Below are positions 1 through 8,587 of a stretch of DNA of 45,004 nt, in pieces. This DNA is from an uncultured Steroidobacteraceae bacterium (GTDB lineage: Bacteria; Pseudomonadota; Gammaproteobacteria; Steroidobacterales; Steroidobacteraceae): positions 1 through 45,004 of the forward strand of contig CAZZYJ010000002.1 of the NCBI GenBank assembly GCA_964658215.1, written 5' to 3'. The position numbers and the translations under genes are program-made. Numbering within the stretch: the first letter of the stretch is position 1; each line of letters opens with the position of its first letter. Under the pieces are notes generated by a model, which was not told where the DNA came from, made no database searches, and worked only from the letters and a program-made list of their open reading frames with translations.

Positions 1-347
1 GGACGTATTTCCAGCTCGTCGTTGCAAGCGTTTACGCCGTGGCCGACGTCATGGTCTGGAAGTCCACCGCGATCTTGGTGCAGATGACGTCCAATCCCAC
101 GGCCGGCTTGATCCCCCGCCTGGGCCAGACGTGCGGCGACAAAATATCCGACGCCGTCAGGTCCGGATGCCGGGGATCATTGGGTGCTATCGCCATGCGC
201 CTTCAAGAGTCCCAAGTTTACGATTGCAGTTGCAGATCAACAGTTTGCCATCCGCTTCAGGATCAAAACCGAATGTGATACACAGTTCGTCAAGCTCAAA
301 TTGTGCACCTGCGACCTGATTCTCGCACATGCTCTAAGGAATACAAG

Positions 348-1133
348 CTAAGCGATTGTATTGCTAGGGCTTCGGGGTAACCCGGCATCGAGCGCTTCAT
401 TCGCCTGTCGGTGCAGCGCGTGCAGTCGTGACTCCATGGACGCCTGTAGCTCCAAGAGCCCCGCCGGCGTCAGTCCTTTCGGTACGTACACCGGTTCTCC
501 GACCGCGATCACCACCCTCGCGCCCGGCTTCGGAATCACGAAATGGTCCCACTGAATCCGCCATGCACGCGAGGCGGCATAGGCCATCGGCACCATGGGC
601 CGCCGTGACAGTTGCGCCAGCAGCACCGCCCCGGGCTTGAATTTCCAGAGCGGTCCGCGCGGACCGTCCGGGGTGATGGCGGGCGAAACCCCGTCGTGCA
701 CCAACGCCTGATAGTAATCGCGCAGCGCCCGGGCGCCGGTGTGCGTGGAAGAGCCGCGGATCACGTGGCCACCGACGCGGCTCACCAGCAGGGCGGCGAT
801 CTCGCCATCGACGGACGGGCTGATCAAGAAGCCGAGCTTGACGGTGGCGGCCTGCCGCGCCAGCAGGAGCTTCACGCAGAACAGCGTGTGCTGGTGCCAG
901 TAGACCGGGATGAACGACGGCGCGTCGCCGAGCGCCGCCGTGATGTGCTGCGCCCCCAACACCTGCGTCACCCGCGACCAGCCCCAGACTCTGCGCACCA
1001 GCCACAATCCCAGGGGAACCAGCAGCCGGTACAGACGCAGACGGCTGGGGGTGAGCCGCCGGCCCGAGCGGGTCTGCTGATCGTAGAGGGTGTTGCGCAG
1101 ACCGCCATCGTCGGGCTTGTTGTTCACGCCCAC
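348..1133 (-). CDS. DUF374-type lysophospholipid acyltransferase (LPLAT superfamily) protein
   Basis: 261-aa ORF with a GTG start at 1133. N-terminal hydrophobic segment (LYRLLVPLGLWLVRRVW), then a core typical of DUF374 (ISPSVDGEIAA..., GGHVIRGSS..GARAL, ITPDGPRGP). Divergent from the P450 gene, 63 bp away. Family call from memory of DUF374 sequences. Confidence 0.7.
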   Translation of the reverse strand: MGVNNKPDDGGLRNTLYDQQTRSGRRLTPSRLRLYRLLVPLGLWLVRRVWGWSRVTQVLGAQHITAALGDAPSFIPVYWHQHTLFCVKLLLARQAATVKLGFLISPSVDGEIAALLVSRVGGHVIRGSSTHTGARALRDYYQALVHDGVSPAITPDGPRGPLWKFKPGAVLLAQLSRRPMVPMAYAASRAWRIQWDHFVIPKPGARVVIAVGEPVYVPKGLTPAGLLELQASMESRLHALHRQANEALDAGLPRSPSNTIA

Positions 1134-1196
1134 ATTCTCGATAACGCCGCCGCGCTCCGCAATAGCCCGCCGGGCCGGCTACGTTACAATGGGCGG

Positions 1197-2495
1197 ATGC
1201 ATACTCAGGCCCCTCCCCCTGGCCCCGCCGACGGCTTCGATCTCGGCGGCACCGACGAATCCTTGCTGCGACTCGGCGACTATTTCTCCCGCTTTGGCGA
1301 TACCTACCGGGTTTTCGCCCCCGCACGCGGCGTTTACAACTACGTGATCCACCACCCCGACGACATCAAGCGGGTGCTGTTGTCGAATCACCGCAACTAC
1401 ACCAAGGGCGAGGGCATGGATCGAGTCAAGATCCTGCTCGGCAACGGCATCATGACCAGCGAGGGCGATTTCTGGCGCCGGCAGCGGCGCATGATGCAGC
1501 CGTCCTTCCATCGGCGCGTCATCGAACGATTCGGTGCGCTGATCCAGGAGGTGAACGAGCGGTTCGCCGCGCGCTGGGAACGGCATGCCGCCCGCGGCGA
1601 GCCCATCAATCTCACAGACGACGTCAGTGAACTCACGCTCGACATCGTCCTGCGGTCTATTTTCGGCACCGACCTTGCTCACCTGGAGCGCAAGATGGGC
1701 GCCAACCCATTCCAGGTGGTGGCCAAGGAGCAGAACCGCGACCTCAAGTTCGCCTTCAGATTCCGCTCGCTGAGCAAGCTCGTGGCCGAACTCATCGAAG
1801 CACGGCGCCGCGAACCGGACGGCGAACACGTTGATTTTCTCAGCATGTTCATGGCCACCCGGGACCGCGACACCGACGCGGCGATGAGCGACAAGGAGAT
1901 GATCGACGAGGTGCTCACGCTCATCGTCGCCGGACACGAGACCACCGCCGCCGCACTGACCTGGACGTGGTACCTGGTCAGCCAGCACCCGGACACGGCG
2001 CGGGCCCTCGAGGCCGAAGCGGACCGGGTGTCGCCCGGCATGCTGGGACTGGATGCCGCCGAGTCCCTGACGTTCACGCACCAGGTCGTGCAGGAAGCGT
2101 TGCGGCTGTATCCGCCGGGGTGGCTCATCACCCGTCGTACCATCGACGCCGACGAATTGGGCGGCTTCGCCATCGGCCCGCGCACGGACGTCTTCATCAG
2201 TCCGTACCTGCTGCATCGGCATCCCCGGTTCTGGAGCGATCCCGAAGCCTTCCGGCCGGAACGCTTCGCCGGCGCCGACGCCGCCGAGCGCCATCGGTTC
2301 TCCTATATTCCCTTCGCGGTCGGCCCCCGGCATTGCATCGGCGAAACCCTGGCCATGTTCGAGATGCTGGCGCATGTGCATGCCATGGCGAAGCGTTTCC
2401 GATTGACGCGCGCCGACGACGCACCCATAGAACTCGAGGCGCAGATCAATCTGCGGCCCCGGTCCCCCCTCATGATGACGGTACATACACGATGA
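1197..2495 (+). CDS. cytochrome P450 (CYP4/CYP110-like, fatty-acid-hydroxylase-like clade)
   Basis: 432 aa from the ATG at 1197; the longer track ORF from 612 is antisense shadow over the DUF374 gene. I-helix AGHETTA, K-helix EALRLYPP, FRPERF, and heme-binding FAVGPRHCIGETLA. The stop TGA (2493-2495) overlaps the next gene's ATG. Confidence 0.92.
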   Translation: MHTQAPPPGPADGFDLGGTDESLLRLGDYFSRFGDTYRVFAPARGVYNYVIHHPDDIKRVLLSNHRNYTKGEGMDRVKILLGNGIMTSEGDFWRRQRRMMQPSFHRRVIERFGALIQEVNERFAARWERHAARGEPINLTDDVSELTLDIVLRSIFGTDLAHLERKMGANPFQVVAKEQNRDLKFAFRFRSLSKLVAELIEARRREPDGEHVDFLSMFMATRDRDTDAAMSDKEMIDEVLTLIVAGHETTAAALTWTWYLVSQHPDTARALEAEADRVSPGMLGLDAAESLTFTHQVVQEALRLYPPGWLITRRTIDADELGGFAIGPRTDVFISPYLLHRHPRFWSDPEAFRPERFAGADAAERHRFSYIPFAVGPRHCIGETLAMFEMLAHVHAMAKRFRLTRADDAPIELEAQINLRPRSPLMMTVHTR

Positions 2496-4456
2496 AGCAC
2501 ACGACCTTGCTGGAGGTTCTCGAGGCCAACCGCAGCGTCGACCGCGTGATCACCCACGTGGACGGCGAGAGCGCCGAACGACGCGTGAGCTACGCCGACC
2601 TGCACGCCCGCGCGGTGGGCATCCTGCATCACCTGCAGTCGCTCGGCGCCCAGCGCGGCGACAAGATGATCCTTTTCTTGAACAACAACGAGCAGTTCCT
2701 GGACGGGTTCTGGGCGGCGGTGTGCGGCGGTATCGTGCCGGTGCCCCTGGCCGTGGGCATCAGCGACGAACATCGACACAAACTGCTCAGGGTGGCGCGC
2801 AAGCTGGGTTCGTGTTTTCTATACACCGACGCGAAAACGCTGGAGCGGCTGAGCGCGCTGGCCGTCGAGGTGGGTGAGACGCAGACGTTCGACGAACTCA
2901 AAACACGCACCTTCCTGGTCGAGTCCCTCACCGACATCTCGCGACCGGGCAGGCTCTACCGGCCGCGTCCCGACGACCTGGCCTTCATTCAGTTTTCCTC
3001 CGGATCGACCAGCGAGCCGAAGGGAGTGCTGCTCACCCATGGTAACCTCATGGCCAACATCTATGGCGCCACCGCCATCGACCATTACGGCCCGCAGGAC
3101 GTCTCCTTGAGCTGGATGCCGCTGACCCACGACATGGGGCTGATCGGTTTCTTTCTCATGCAGTTCACCAACCAAGTCCACATCCATTTGATGCCGACCG
3201 ACCTGTTCGTCCGACGTCCGCTGCTGTGGCTGCAGGTGGCCGCCCGCAAGCGGGTCACCATCACCTGCTCGCCCAACTTCGGCTATCGCCACTTCCTCAA
3301 GGTGCTGGGCGGCCGCAGGCTCGACGATGTCGATCTGTCCAGCATCCGCTCCTTGTACAACGGTGCCGAGCCCATCTCGGTGGAGCTGTGCAACGAATTC
3401 ATGGGCGCCCTGGCCTACACGGGCCTCAAACGCCAGGCCATGTTCCCGGTATATGGATTGGCCGAGGCCAGCCTGGCCGTCGCCTTTCCCACACCCGGCG
3501 TCGACTATCGCTGGGTCCGGGTGAACCGCCATCGGTTGAAGGTGGGGGAACGCATCGAGGTCAATCCCGCCACGACGCAGGACGCGCTGGAACTGATGTG
3601 CGTCGGTGCGCCGGTGCCCAGCATCGACTTGACTATCGTCGGCGCCGATCGACAGGCGCTGCCGGCGGATCACGTCGGCCACATCCTGATCGGCGGCGCC
3701 AGCGTGACGAGGGGCTACTTCGGCGACGCCGAGGCCACCGCCGCCGCGATCGACGCCGCGGGCCGGCTCGACACGGGCGATCTGGGGTTTCTGCACGAGG
3801 GTGCTCTGTACATCGCGGGACGTAGCAAGGAGATCATCTTCATCAACGGCATGAATTACTATCCCTACGACCTCGAGAACATCGCCCGGCGTGCGCCGGG
3901 CCTCGACCTCAACAAGGTGGTGGTCGCCGGCATCGGCACCCCCGCCGCGCAGGCGGAGGAACTGGTGGTGTTCGTCCTGCACCGGGGCAGCGTGAGCGAC
4001 TTCCTGCCTACCGCCACCGCGGTCGGACGGCTCATCAACGAGCACACGGGGCTGGAAGTGGCGCAGGTGGTGCCGGTCAAACGCATTCCGAAAACCACCA
4101 GCGGCAAGCCGCAGCGGCACCTCCTCGAGGAGTCGTATGCGAGCGGTGAGTTCGTGGCGGATCTTGCGGAACTGGCCCGTCTGCGGGCGGCGCAACCCCA
4201 GGGCGCCCAGAGCGCAGAGTCCGAGGTGGAAGCCCGACTGCAGTCCCTGTGCGAGAACGCGATGCCGGGCAAACGCGTCGACGTGAACGACAATCTGTTC
4301 GAAATCGGTGCAAGCTCACTCAAGCTCATCGAGATCCACGAGCACATCGACCGCGATTTCCCGGGGCTCGTGGATCTGACCGAGTTGTTCGATCACCCGA
4401 CCATCGCCGCGCTTGCGAAGCACATCCGGGCGAAACAGGCCGAAACGCCGGCTTGA
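2492..4456 (+). CDS. fatty acyl-AMP ligase fused to a C-terminal acyl/peptidyl carrier domain (FAAL-ACP)
   Basis: 654 aa from the ATG at 2492, with an ATGA overlap onto the P450 stop. Adenylation motifs FSSGSTSEPKGVLLTHGNL, YGLAE, TGDLGFLHEGALYIAGRSKEIIFINGMNYYPYDLE and IPKTTSGKPQR. C-terminal about 80 aa is a carrier domain with the phosphopantetheine-site motif FEIGASSLKLIE. Confidence 0.92.
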   Translation: MKHTTLLEVLEANRSVDRVITHVDGESAERRVSYADLHARAVGILHHLQSLGAQRGDKMILFLNNNEQFLDGFWAAVCGGIVPVPLAVGISDEHRHKLLRVARKLGSCFLYTDAKTLERLSALAVEVGETQTFDELKTRTFLVESLTDISRPGRLYRPRPDDLAFIQFSSGSTSEPKGVLLTHGNLMANIYGATAIDHYGPQDVSLSWMPLTHDMGLIGFFLMQFTNQVHIHLMPTDLFVRRPLLWLQVAARKRVTITCSPNFGYRHFLKVLGGRRLDDVDLSSIRSLYNGAEPISVELCNEFMGALAYTGLKRQAMFPVYGLAEASLAVAFPTPGVDYRWVRVNRHRLKVGERIEVNPATTQDALELMCVGAPVPSIDLTIVGADRQALPADHVGHILIGGASVTRGYFGDAEATAAAIDAAGRLDTGDLGFLHEGALYIAGRSKEIIFINGMNYYPYDLENIARRAPGLDLNKVVVAGIGTPAAQAEELVVFVLHRGSVSDFLPTATAVGRLINEHTGLEVAQVVPVKRIPKTTSGKPQRHLLEESYASGEFVADLAELARLRAAQPQGAQSAESEVEARLQSLCENAMPGKRVDVNDNLFEIGASSLKLIEIHEHIDRDFPGLVDLTELFDHPTIAALAKHIRAKQAETPA

Positions 4457-4481
4457 GTGAAGCGGCGCGCGCCGAGCGTCC

Positions 4482-5372
4482 CTAGAGGGCGTCGCCGGCG
4501 GTGAACGTGTCGCAGCGGTCGATGGAACCGGAATCGAAGCCGCGGCGAAACCATTTGACGCGTTGCGCCGAGGTGCCATGGGTGAAGCTGTCGGGCACCA
4601 CCGTGCCCTGTTCGCGCTTCTGCAGCGTATCGTCGCCCACCGAGGATGCCGCCTGCAGGCCCTGTTCCAGATCGCCCGCCTCGAGAATGTGGTGGGCCTT
4701 GTTGGCCTGCTCTGCCCATACACCGGCGAAGCAATCGGCCTGTAGCTCGACCTCCACCGACACGCCGTGCGCTCCGGTCTCGCCCTGCCGGCTGCCGAGC
4801 GATTCGGCCTTGTCGGTGATCCCCAACAGGGTCTGCACGTGATGGCCGATCTCGTGGGCGATGACGTAGGCGCGCGCGAACTCGCCGGGAGCACCGAACT
4901 GCGTCGACAACTGCTGGAAGAACGCCAGATCGAGATACACCTTGCGATCGTTCGGACAGTAGAACGGCCCGGCCGCCGTGCTGGCCTGGCCGCAGGCGGA
5001 TGCCACCCGGCCGGAAAAGAGGTGCAGCTTGGGAGGCTGGTAGGTCTTGCCCAGCGTCTGGAAGTAAGCCCCCCACTCGTCTTCGGTCTCGCCCACGATC
5101 TGGCGCACGAATTTCACCTGCGGATCGTTGGTGGAGCTTGCGACCGGGCCCGCCTGCTGCGCCGGCGCAGTCTGCTGCGTCGCCGTGCCGGACTGCTCGT
5201 CCCCGCCACCGCCTTCCAAGATGCCGAGCAGCGTGGCCGGATTGACGCCCATGAAGTAGCCGATGACGACGATGACCACCGTACCGACGCCGATGCCGGC
5301 GCCACGTCCCCCGAAACCCGCACCGCGTCCGTCCTCGACGTTGTTGCTCTCACGGCTGTCGTCCAATTTCAT
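4482..5372 (-). CDS. YpfJ-family neutral zinc metallopeptidase
   Basis: 296 aa starting MKLDDSRESNNVEDGRG (compare E. coli YpfJ MRWQGRRESDNVEDRR). One TM segment and the HEIGHH zinc motif. SD GGAGGGGAA lies upstream of the ATG at 5372. The alternative ATG at 5408 would overlap the upstream gene. Confidence 0.85.
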   Translation of the reverse strand: MKLDDSRESNNVEDGRGAGFGGRGAGIGVGTVVIVVIGYFMGVNPATLLGILEGGGGDEQSGTATQQTAPAQQAGPVASSTNDPQVKFVRQIVGETEDEWGAYFQTLGKTYQPPKLHLFSGRVASACGQASTAAGPFYCPNDRKVYLDLAFFQQLSTQFGAPGEFARAYVIAHEIGHHVQTLLGITDKAESLGSRQGETGAHGVSVEVELQADCFAGVWAEQANKAHHILEAGDLEQGLQAASSVGDDTLQKREQGTVVPDSFTHGTSAQRVKWFRRGFDSGSIDRCDTFTAGDAL

Positions 5373-5394
5373 GGTTCCCCTCCCCTCGCTGTTT

Positions 5395-6246
5395 TCAATT
5401 AGTGCCATACAACGGCTTTTTCAGCCGCCATCGACGATACGACCACAGCCAGTCCGCCGGACTCGCCAGGACATGCCGCTCGCAGGCACGCGCGTAGCGT
5501 TCGGTGATGCCATTCGTCTGCAACGTCTCCCGGCCGTCCCAAAGCGGCTCGAAGGCGACCGCGTAGCGACCGCGGCGGACACGGCGCATCGCCACATATA
5601 ACACGGGCAGACGGGTGGCCCGGGCGATCTGCTCGGCGCCCACGTAAAAGGCCGTATCGCGCCCCAAAAAGGTGGTCCAGTAGCGCGTCTCCGTCGACAC
5701 CGGCGCCTGATCCGCGTTCATCGCCACCGCGCGCACCACGGCGCGCCGACGCAGGAAGTCCGTCAACAACTCCTTGGCGGGGATCAGCCGCGCACCGAAG
5801 CGTGAGCGGATGCCCAACATCAGCCGTTCGGCCCAGGGGTCGTGCAGAGGTTTGTAGGCGGCGTCCAGCGGGTACCCGAGCTGCAACGCGATGCCGTGCA
5901 GCAGCCACTCCCAATTGTAGAGGTGCGAGGTCACGAGCAGCACCGACTGGCCGCTCATGAGAAACTGACGCGCCACGGCGAGGTTGTCGATGGGCACGCG
6001 CGCCGAGAGGTCGTTCCCGCTCATCGACGCCGACTTCAGAACCTCCACCAGCACGTCGCAAAAATTCTTGAGATAGCGTTTGTGGATGGCGACGCGCTCC
6101 GCCTCGCTCTCGCCCGGAAACACCAGCGCGATCTGCTCGCGGATGACGCGGTGGCGATGACGGACGACGTAGTACGCCAACAAGTACAAAAAACCGGAGA
6201 AGGCATACAGCGCCCACAGCGGCAGGCGGGAGATTATTTTGATCAT
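5395..6246 (-). CDS. LpxL/HtrB-family (lipid A biosynthesis lauroyl/myristoyl-type) acyltransferase
   Basis: 283 aa with an N-terminal TM anchor (LPLWALYAFSGFLYLLAYYVV). Catalytic H(x)4E-like motif TSHLYNWEW and family-typical YVGAEQIARATRLPVLYV. Sits 22 nt upstream of the ypfJ-like start on the same strand. Confidence 0.85.
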   Translation of the reverse strand: MIKIISRLPLWALYAFSGFLYLLAYYVVRHRHRVIREQIALVFPGESEAERVAIHKRYLKNFCDVLVEVLKSASMSGNDLSARVPIDNLAVARQFLMSGQSVLLVTSHLYNWEWLLHGIALQLGYPLDAAYKPLHDPWAERLMLGIRSRFGARLIPAKELLTDFLRRRAVVRAVAMNADQAPVSTETRYWTTFLGRDTAFYVGAEQIARATRLPVLYVAMRRVRRGRYAVAFEPLWDGRETLQTNGITERYARACERHVLASPADWLWSYRRWRLKKPLYGTN

Positions 6247-6488
6247 TGGGAAAGAGCAATGAAAGCCGCATCGTGCGCGGATTCTACAAATGGTGGCGAC
6301 GCCTCCAATGCTTGGGTAGGCGTGGGCAGCACGCTGGTCGGTACCGACACCAACGCCTCCACCCGGGTCAGAGGCTGCAGCCGCTGCTGGCGGCCGACGG
6401 TTTCGAGGTGGTTTTCATGCTGCATATTCCCATAAAACCCGTGTTATTGCAGTGTAATGACCGGCAGACCACCCTCCCGCAAAGGGGA

Positions 6489-7871
6489 CTAAACAGTCTC
6501 CGTCGTTTGGGCTCGGCGGCGCCGCTGCAGGAGGTAGTGCAGTGGGATTCCCAGCAGGATGATGGCGGTGCCGAGCAGCGAGTTGCGCGGCTGGTCAGCA
6601 AACGAGAAGACCAGCAGCACGGCTGCCGCGATGATGAAAAGCGCGGGAACGACGGGATAGCCCCACACGCTGTAGGGGCGGTTTGCTTTCTCAGCGGCAC
6701 TCTCGCGTCCGCGGAAAACGAAGACCGAGGCGGTGACCGCAGCGTAGAAGAGCCATTCGGAAAAGATGGCGAGCGAGAAGAGGCCCTGGAACGTGTTGAT
6801 GAGCAGCAGCAGCATGGAGGAGACCGTGGCCTGCAGGATCAGGGCGCGGGAGGGGGTCTTGAAGCGGGGATGGACGTAGGCCAAAGTGCGGAAAAACAGG
6901 CCGTCTCGTGCTGCAGCGAAGGGGATGCGCGCCCCGGTGAGCGACGAGCCGATGAACGTGGCGCCGTAGGAGATGGCGAGGCCGATCGAGAAGACCCATG
7001 CGACCGCGGGGCCTGCGCTTTGGAGGATGGCGACGACGGCGGGCCGGTCGGCGTTGGCGATGACGGTGGCGGGCAGCACGAACTGAATCGCGGCATTGGT
7101 CATCATGTAGAGGACGCCGACGATACAGACTCCACCGATGAGCGCCAGGGGCAGGCTGCGCTGGGGATTCTGAATCTCGCCGGCGGCGTGGGTGACATCG
7201 GACCAGCCGTCGTAGGCCCACAGGGCAGCGATCAGGGCGACCATGAAGCCGGGGAAGCCGCCACGTGCTCCGGGATGATGGGTGGAAAAGTTTGCGCTCG
7301 TGCCGTGGCCGCCGAGGATGCAGATCCCGACGACGGCGAGGACCATCGCGACCTTGAGACCCATGAGCACGCGCTGGATGTTGCTCGCCTTGCGGGTGCC
7401 GAGGATATTGATTCCGGTGATGACCCAGACGAAGGCGATGGCCACGAGCTGACCGTAGACAACGTGCGGAAGGAAGGTGCCCGACAGGAAGGAGAAGGCA
7501 GGGAAGTTGCCCAGGACGCGGACCACGCCCGAGGCGATCGAAGCGATGGACGAGGGCTTGGCGATGGTGACCTGGGTCCACATGAAGACGAAGGCGGCGA
7601 GGTCTCCATAGGCCTCACGCAGGAAGGCGTATTCGCCGCCGTATCTGGGACGGGAGGCAGCGATCTCCGCGTAGGTCATGGCGCCGAAGAGGGAGAGCAG
7701 GCCGCCGACGATCCACACCGCGTAGACGGTGACCGAAGAACCCACGGCGGCCATCATCTCGCGGGGCACCAGGAAGATGCCGCTGCCGATGATGATGCCG
7801 ACGACGAAGGAGGTCGCGTGCGAGGCGCTCAGGACGCGCGGTAGTTCATGCTCTTGGGATAGGTCGGCCAT
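6489..7871 (-). CDS. APC-superfamily amino acid permease
   Basis: 460 aa with about 12 predicted TM helices. N-terminal GSGIFLVP signature and overall APC-family similarity. Confidence 0.9.
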   Translation of the reverse strand: MADLSQEHELPRVLSASHATSFVVGIIIGSGIFLVPREMMAAVGSSVTVYAVWIVGGLLSLFGAMTYAEIAASRPRYGGEYAFLREAYGDLAAFVFMWTQVTIAKPSSIASIASGVVRVLGNFPAFSFLSGTFLPHVVYGQLVAIAFVWVITGINILGTRKASNIQRVLMGLKVAMVLAVVGICILGGHGTSANFSTHHPGARGGFPGFMVALIAALWAYDGWSDVTHAAGEIQNPQRSLPLALIGGVCIVGVLYMMTNAAIQFVLPATVIANADRPAVVAILQSAGPAVAWVFSIGLAISYGATFIGSSLTGARIPFAAARDGLFFRTLAYVHPRFKTPSRALILQATVSSMLLLLINTFQGLFSLAIFSEWLFYAAVTASVFVFRGRESAAEKANRPYSVWGYPVVPALFIIAAAVLLVFSFADQPRNSLLGTAIILLGIPLHYLLQRRRRAQTTETV

Positions 7872-8103
7872 GAGATTTCGAGGCAGATTAGCGCAACGGC
7901 TGCGCGATTCCCACGGGTTCGACCTGGGCCCTCATGGGGCCACGACGAGTCGACGCTTGTCACGAGAGCATTCCATAACTTTCATGTACCGGAGCGGGCC
8001 AGCCGCAACGGGTACCGCGGGCGACTCTGGGCGACGCGTGCCGGAAGCGTAGCTTTGAAAACGGTAGCTACCCGGTCATCGCGCGCGCAGCTTGGAAACG
8101 CGC

Positions 8104-8523
8104 TCACACGATATCGATGGCAAGCCGCTTCAGTTCGGCAAGTTCGCAATGCGCAAGAGCGCCCTCGTGCGTGGCCCGCAACACCACGCGCGGCGCCTTG
8201 CCGGCCACCCAGGCCTCCTGCCAGCGCGGCGCGCACAGGCACCATCTATCCCCCGCTTTGAGGCCGGGAAAACCAAAGCGCGGAACCGGCGTCGACAGAT
8301 CGTTGCCACGCAGTTTGGAAAACTCGAGAAAGGCGTCGGTCACCACCGCGCAGACCGTATGACTGCCCGCATCGTCGCGGCCCGTCTCGCAGCACCCGTT
8401 GCGGAAGAAGCCGGTCATGGGTTTCACCGAGCAAACTTCGAGAGGCTCGCCGAGCACATTGCGGGCGTTGGGTGGGCCGCCGCCGCCGCGCTCGCCTTCT
8501 TTCAACATCACCCGTTCACGCAT
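8104..8523 (-). CDS. DUF2237 family protein
   Basis: 139 aa with the family-typical NVLGEPLEVCS...TGFFRNGCCETG..D.GSHTVCAVVT..FLEFS. The start may instead be Met6 (8508). Confidence 0.8.
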   Translation of the reverse strand: MRERVMLKEGERGGGGPPNARNVLGEPLEVCSVKPMTGFFRNGCCETGRDDAGSHTVCAVVTDAFLEFSKLRGNDLSTPVPRFGFPGLKAGDRWCLCAPRWQEAWVAGKAPRVVLRATHEGALAHCELAELKRLAIDIV

Positions 8524-8587
8524 GCCATCGAGTGTACATCAGGGCTTTGCCCGGTTCACCGCGTTTAGCCCGATCGGCCATGGGCCT

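Noticed and set aside
1162-1190. Leaderless-type promoter for the P450 gene (TACAAT at 1185-1190, 6 nt before the ATG).
   Set aside because: There is no acceptable -35 element or extended -10 at the right spacing. A single hexamer is insufficient evidence.
612-1196. Upstream extensions of the P450 ORF (612-1196) and of the FAAL-ACP ORF (1967-2491).
   Set aside because: The first is antisense to the DUF374 gene and the second lies out of frame inside the P450 gene. Both translations are Arg-rich junk. Family alignment places the starts at 1197 and 2492.
7872-8103. Possible amino-acid riboswitch or leader in the 232-nt region upstream of the APC permease.
   Set aside because: I found only short generic hairpins (GGCCC-atga-GGGCC, GTAGCT-N11-AGCTAC). 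I could not match glycine, lysine, SAM or other riboswitch cores by eye. An Rfam/Infernal scan would be needed.
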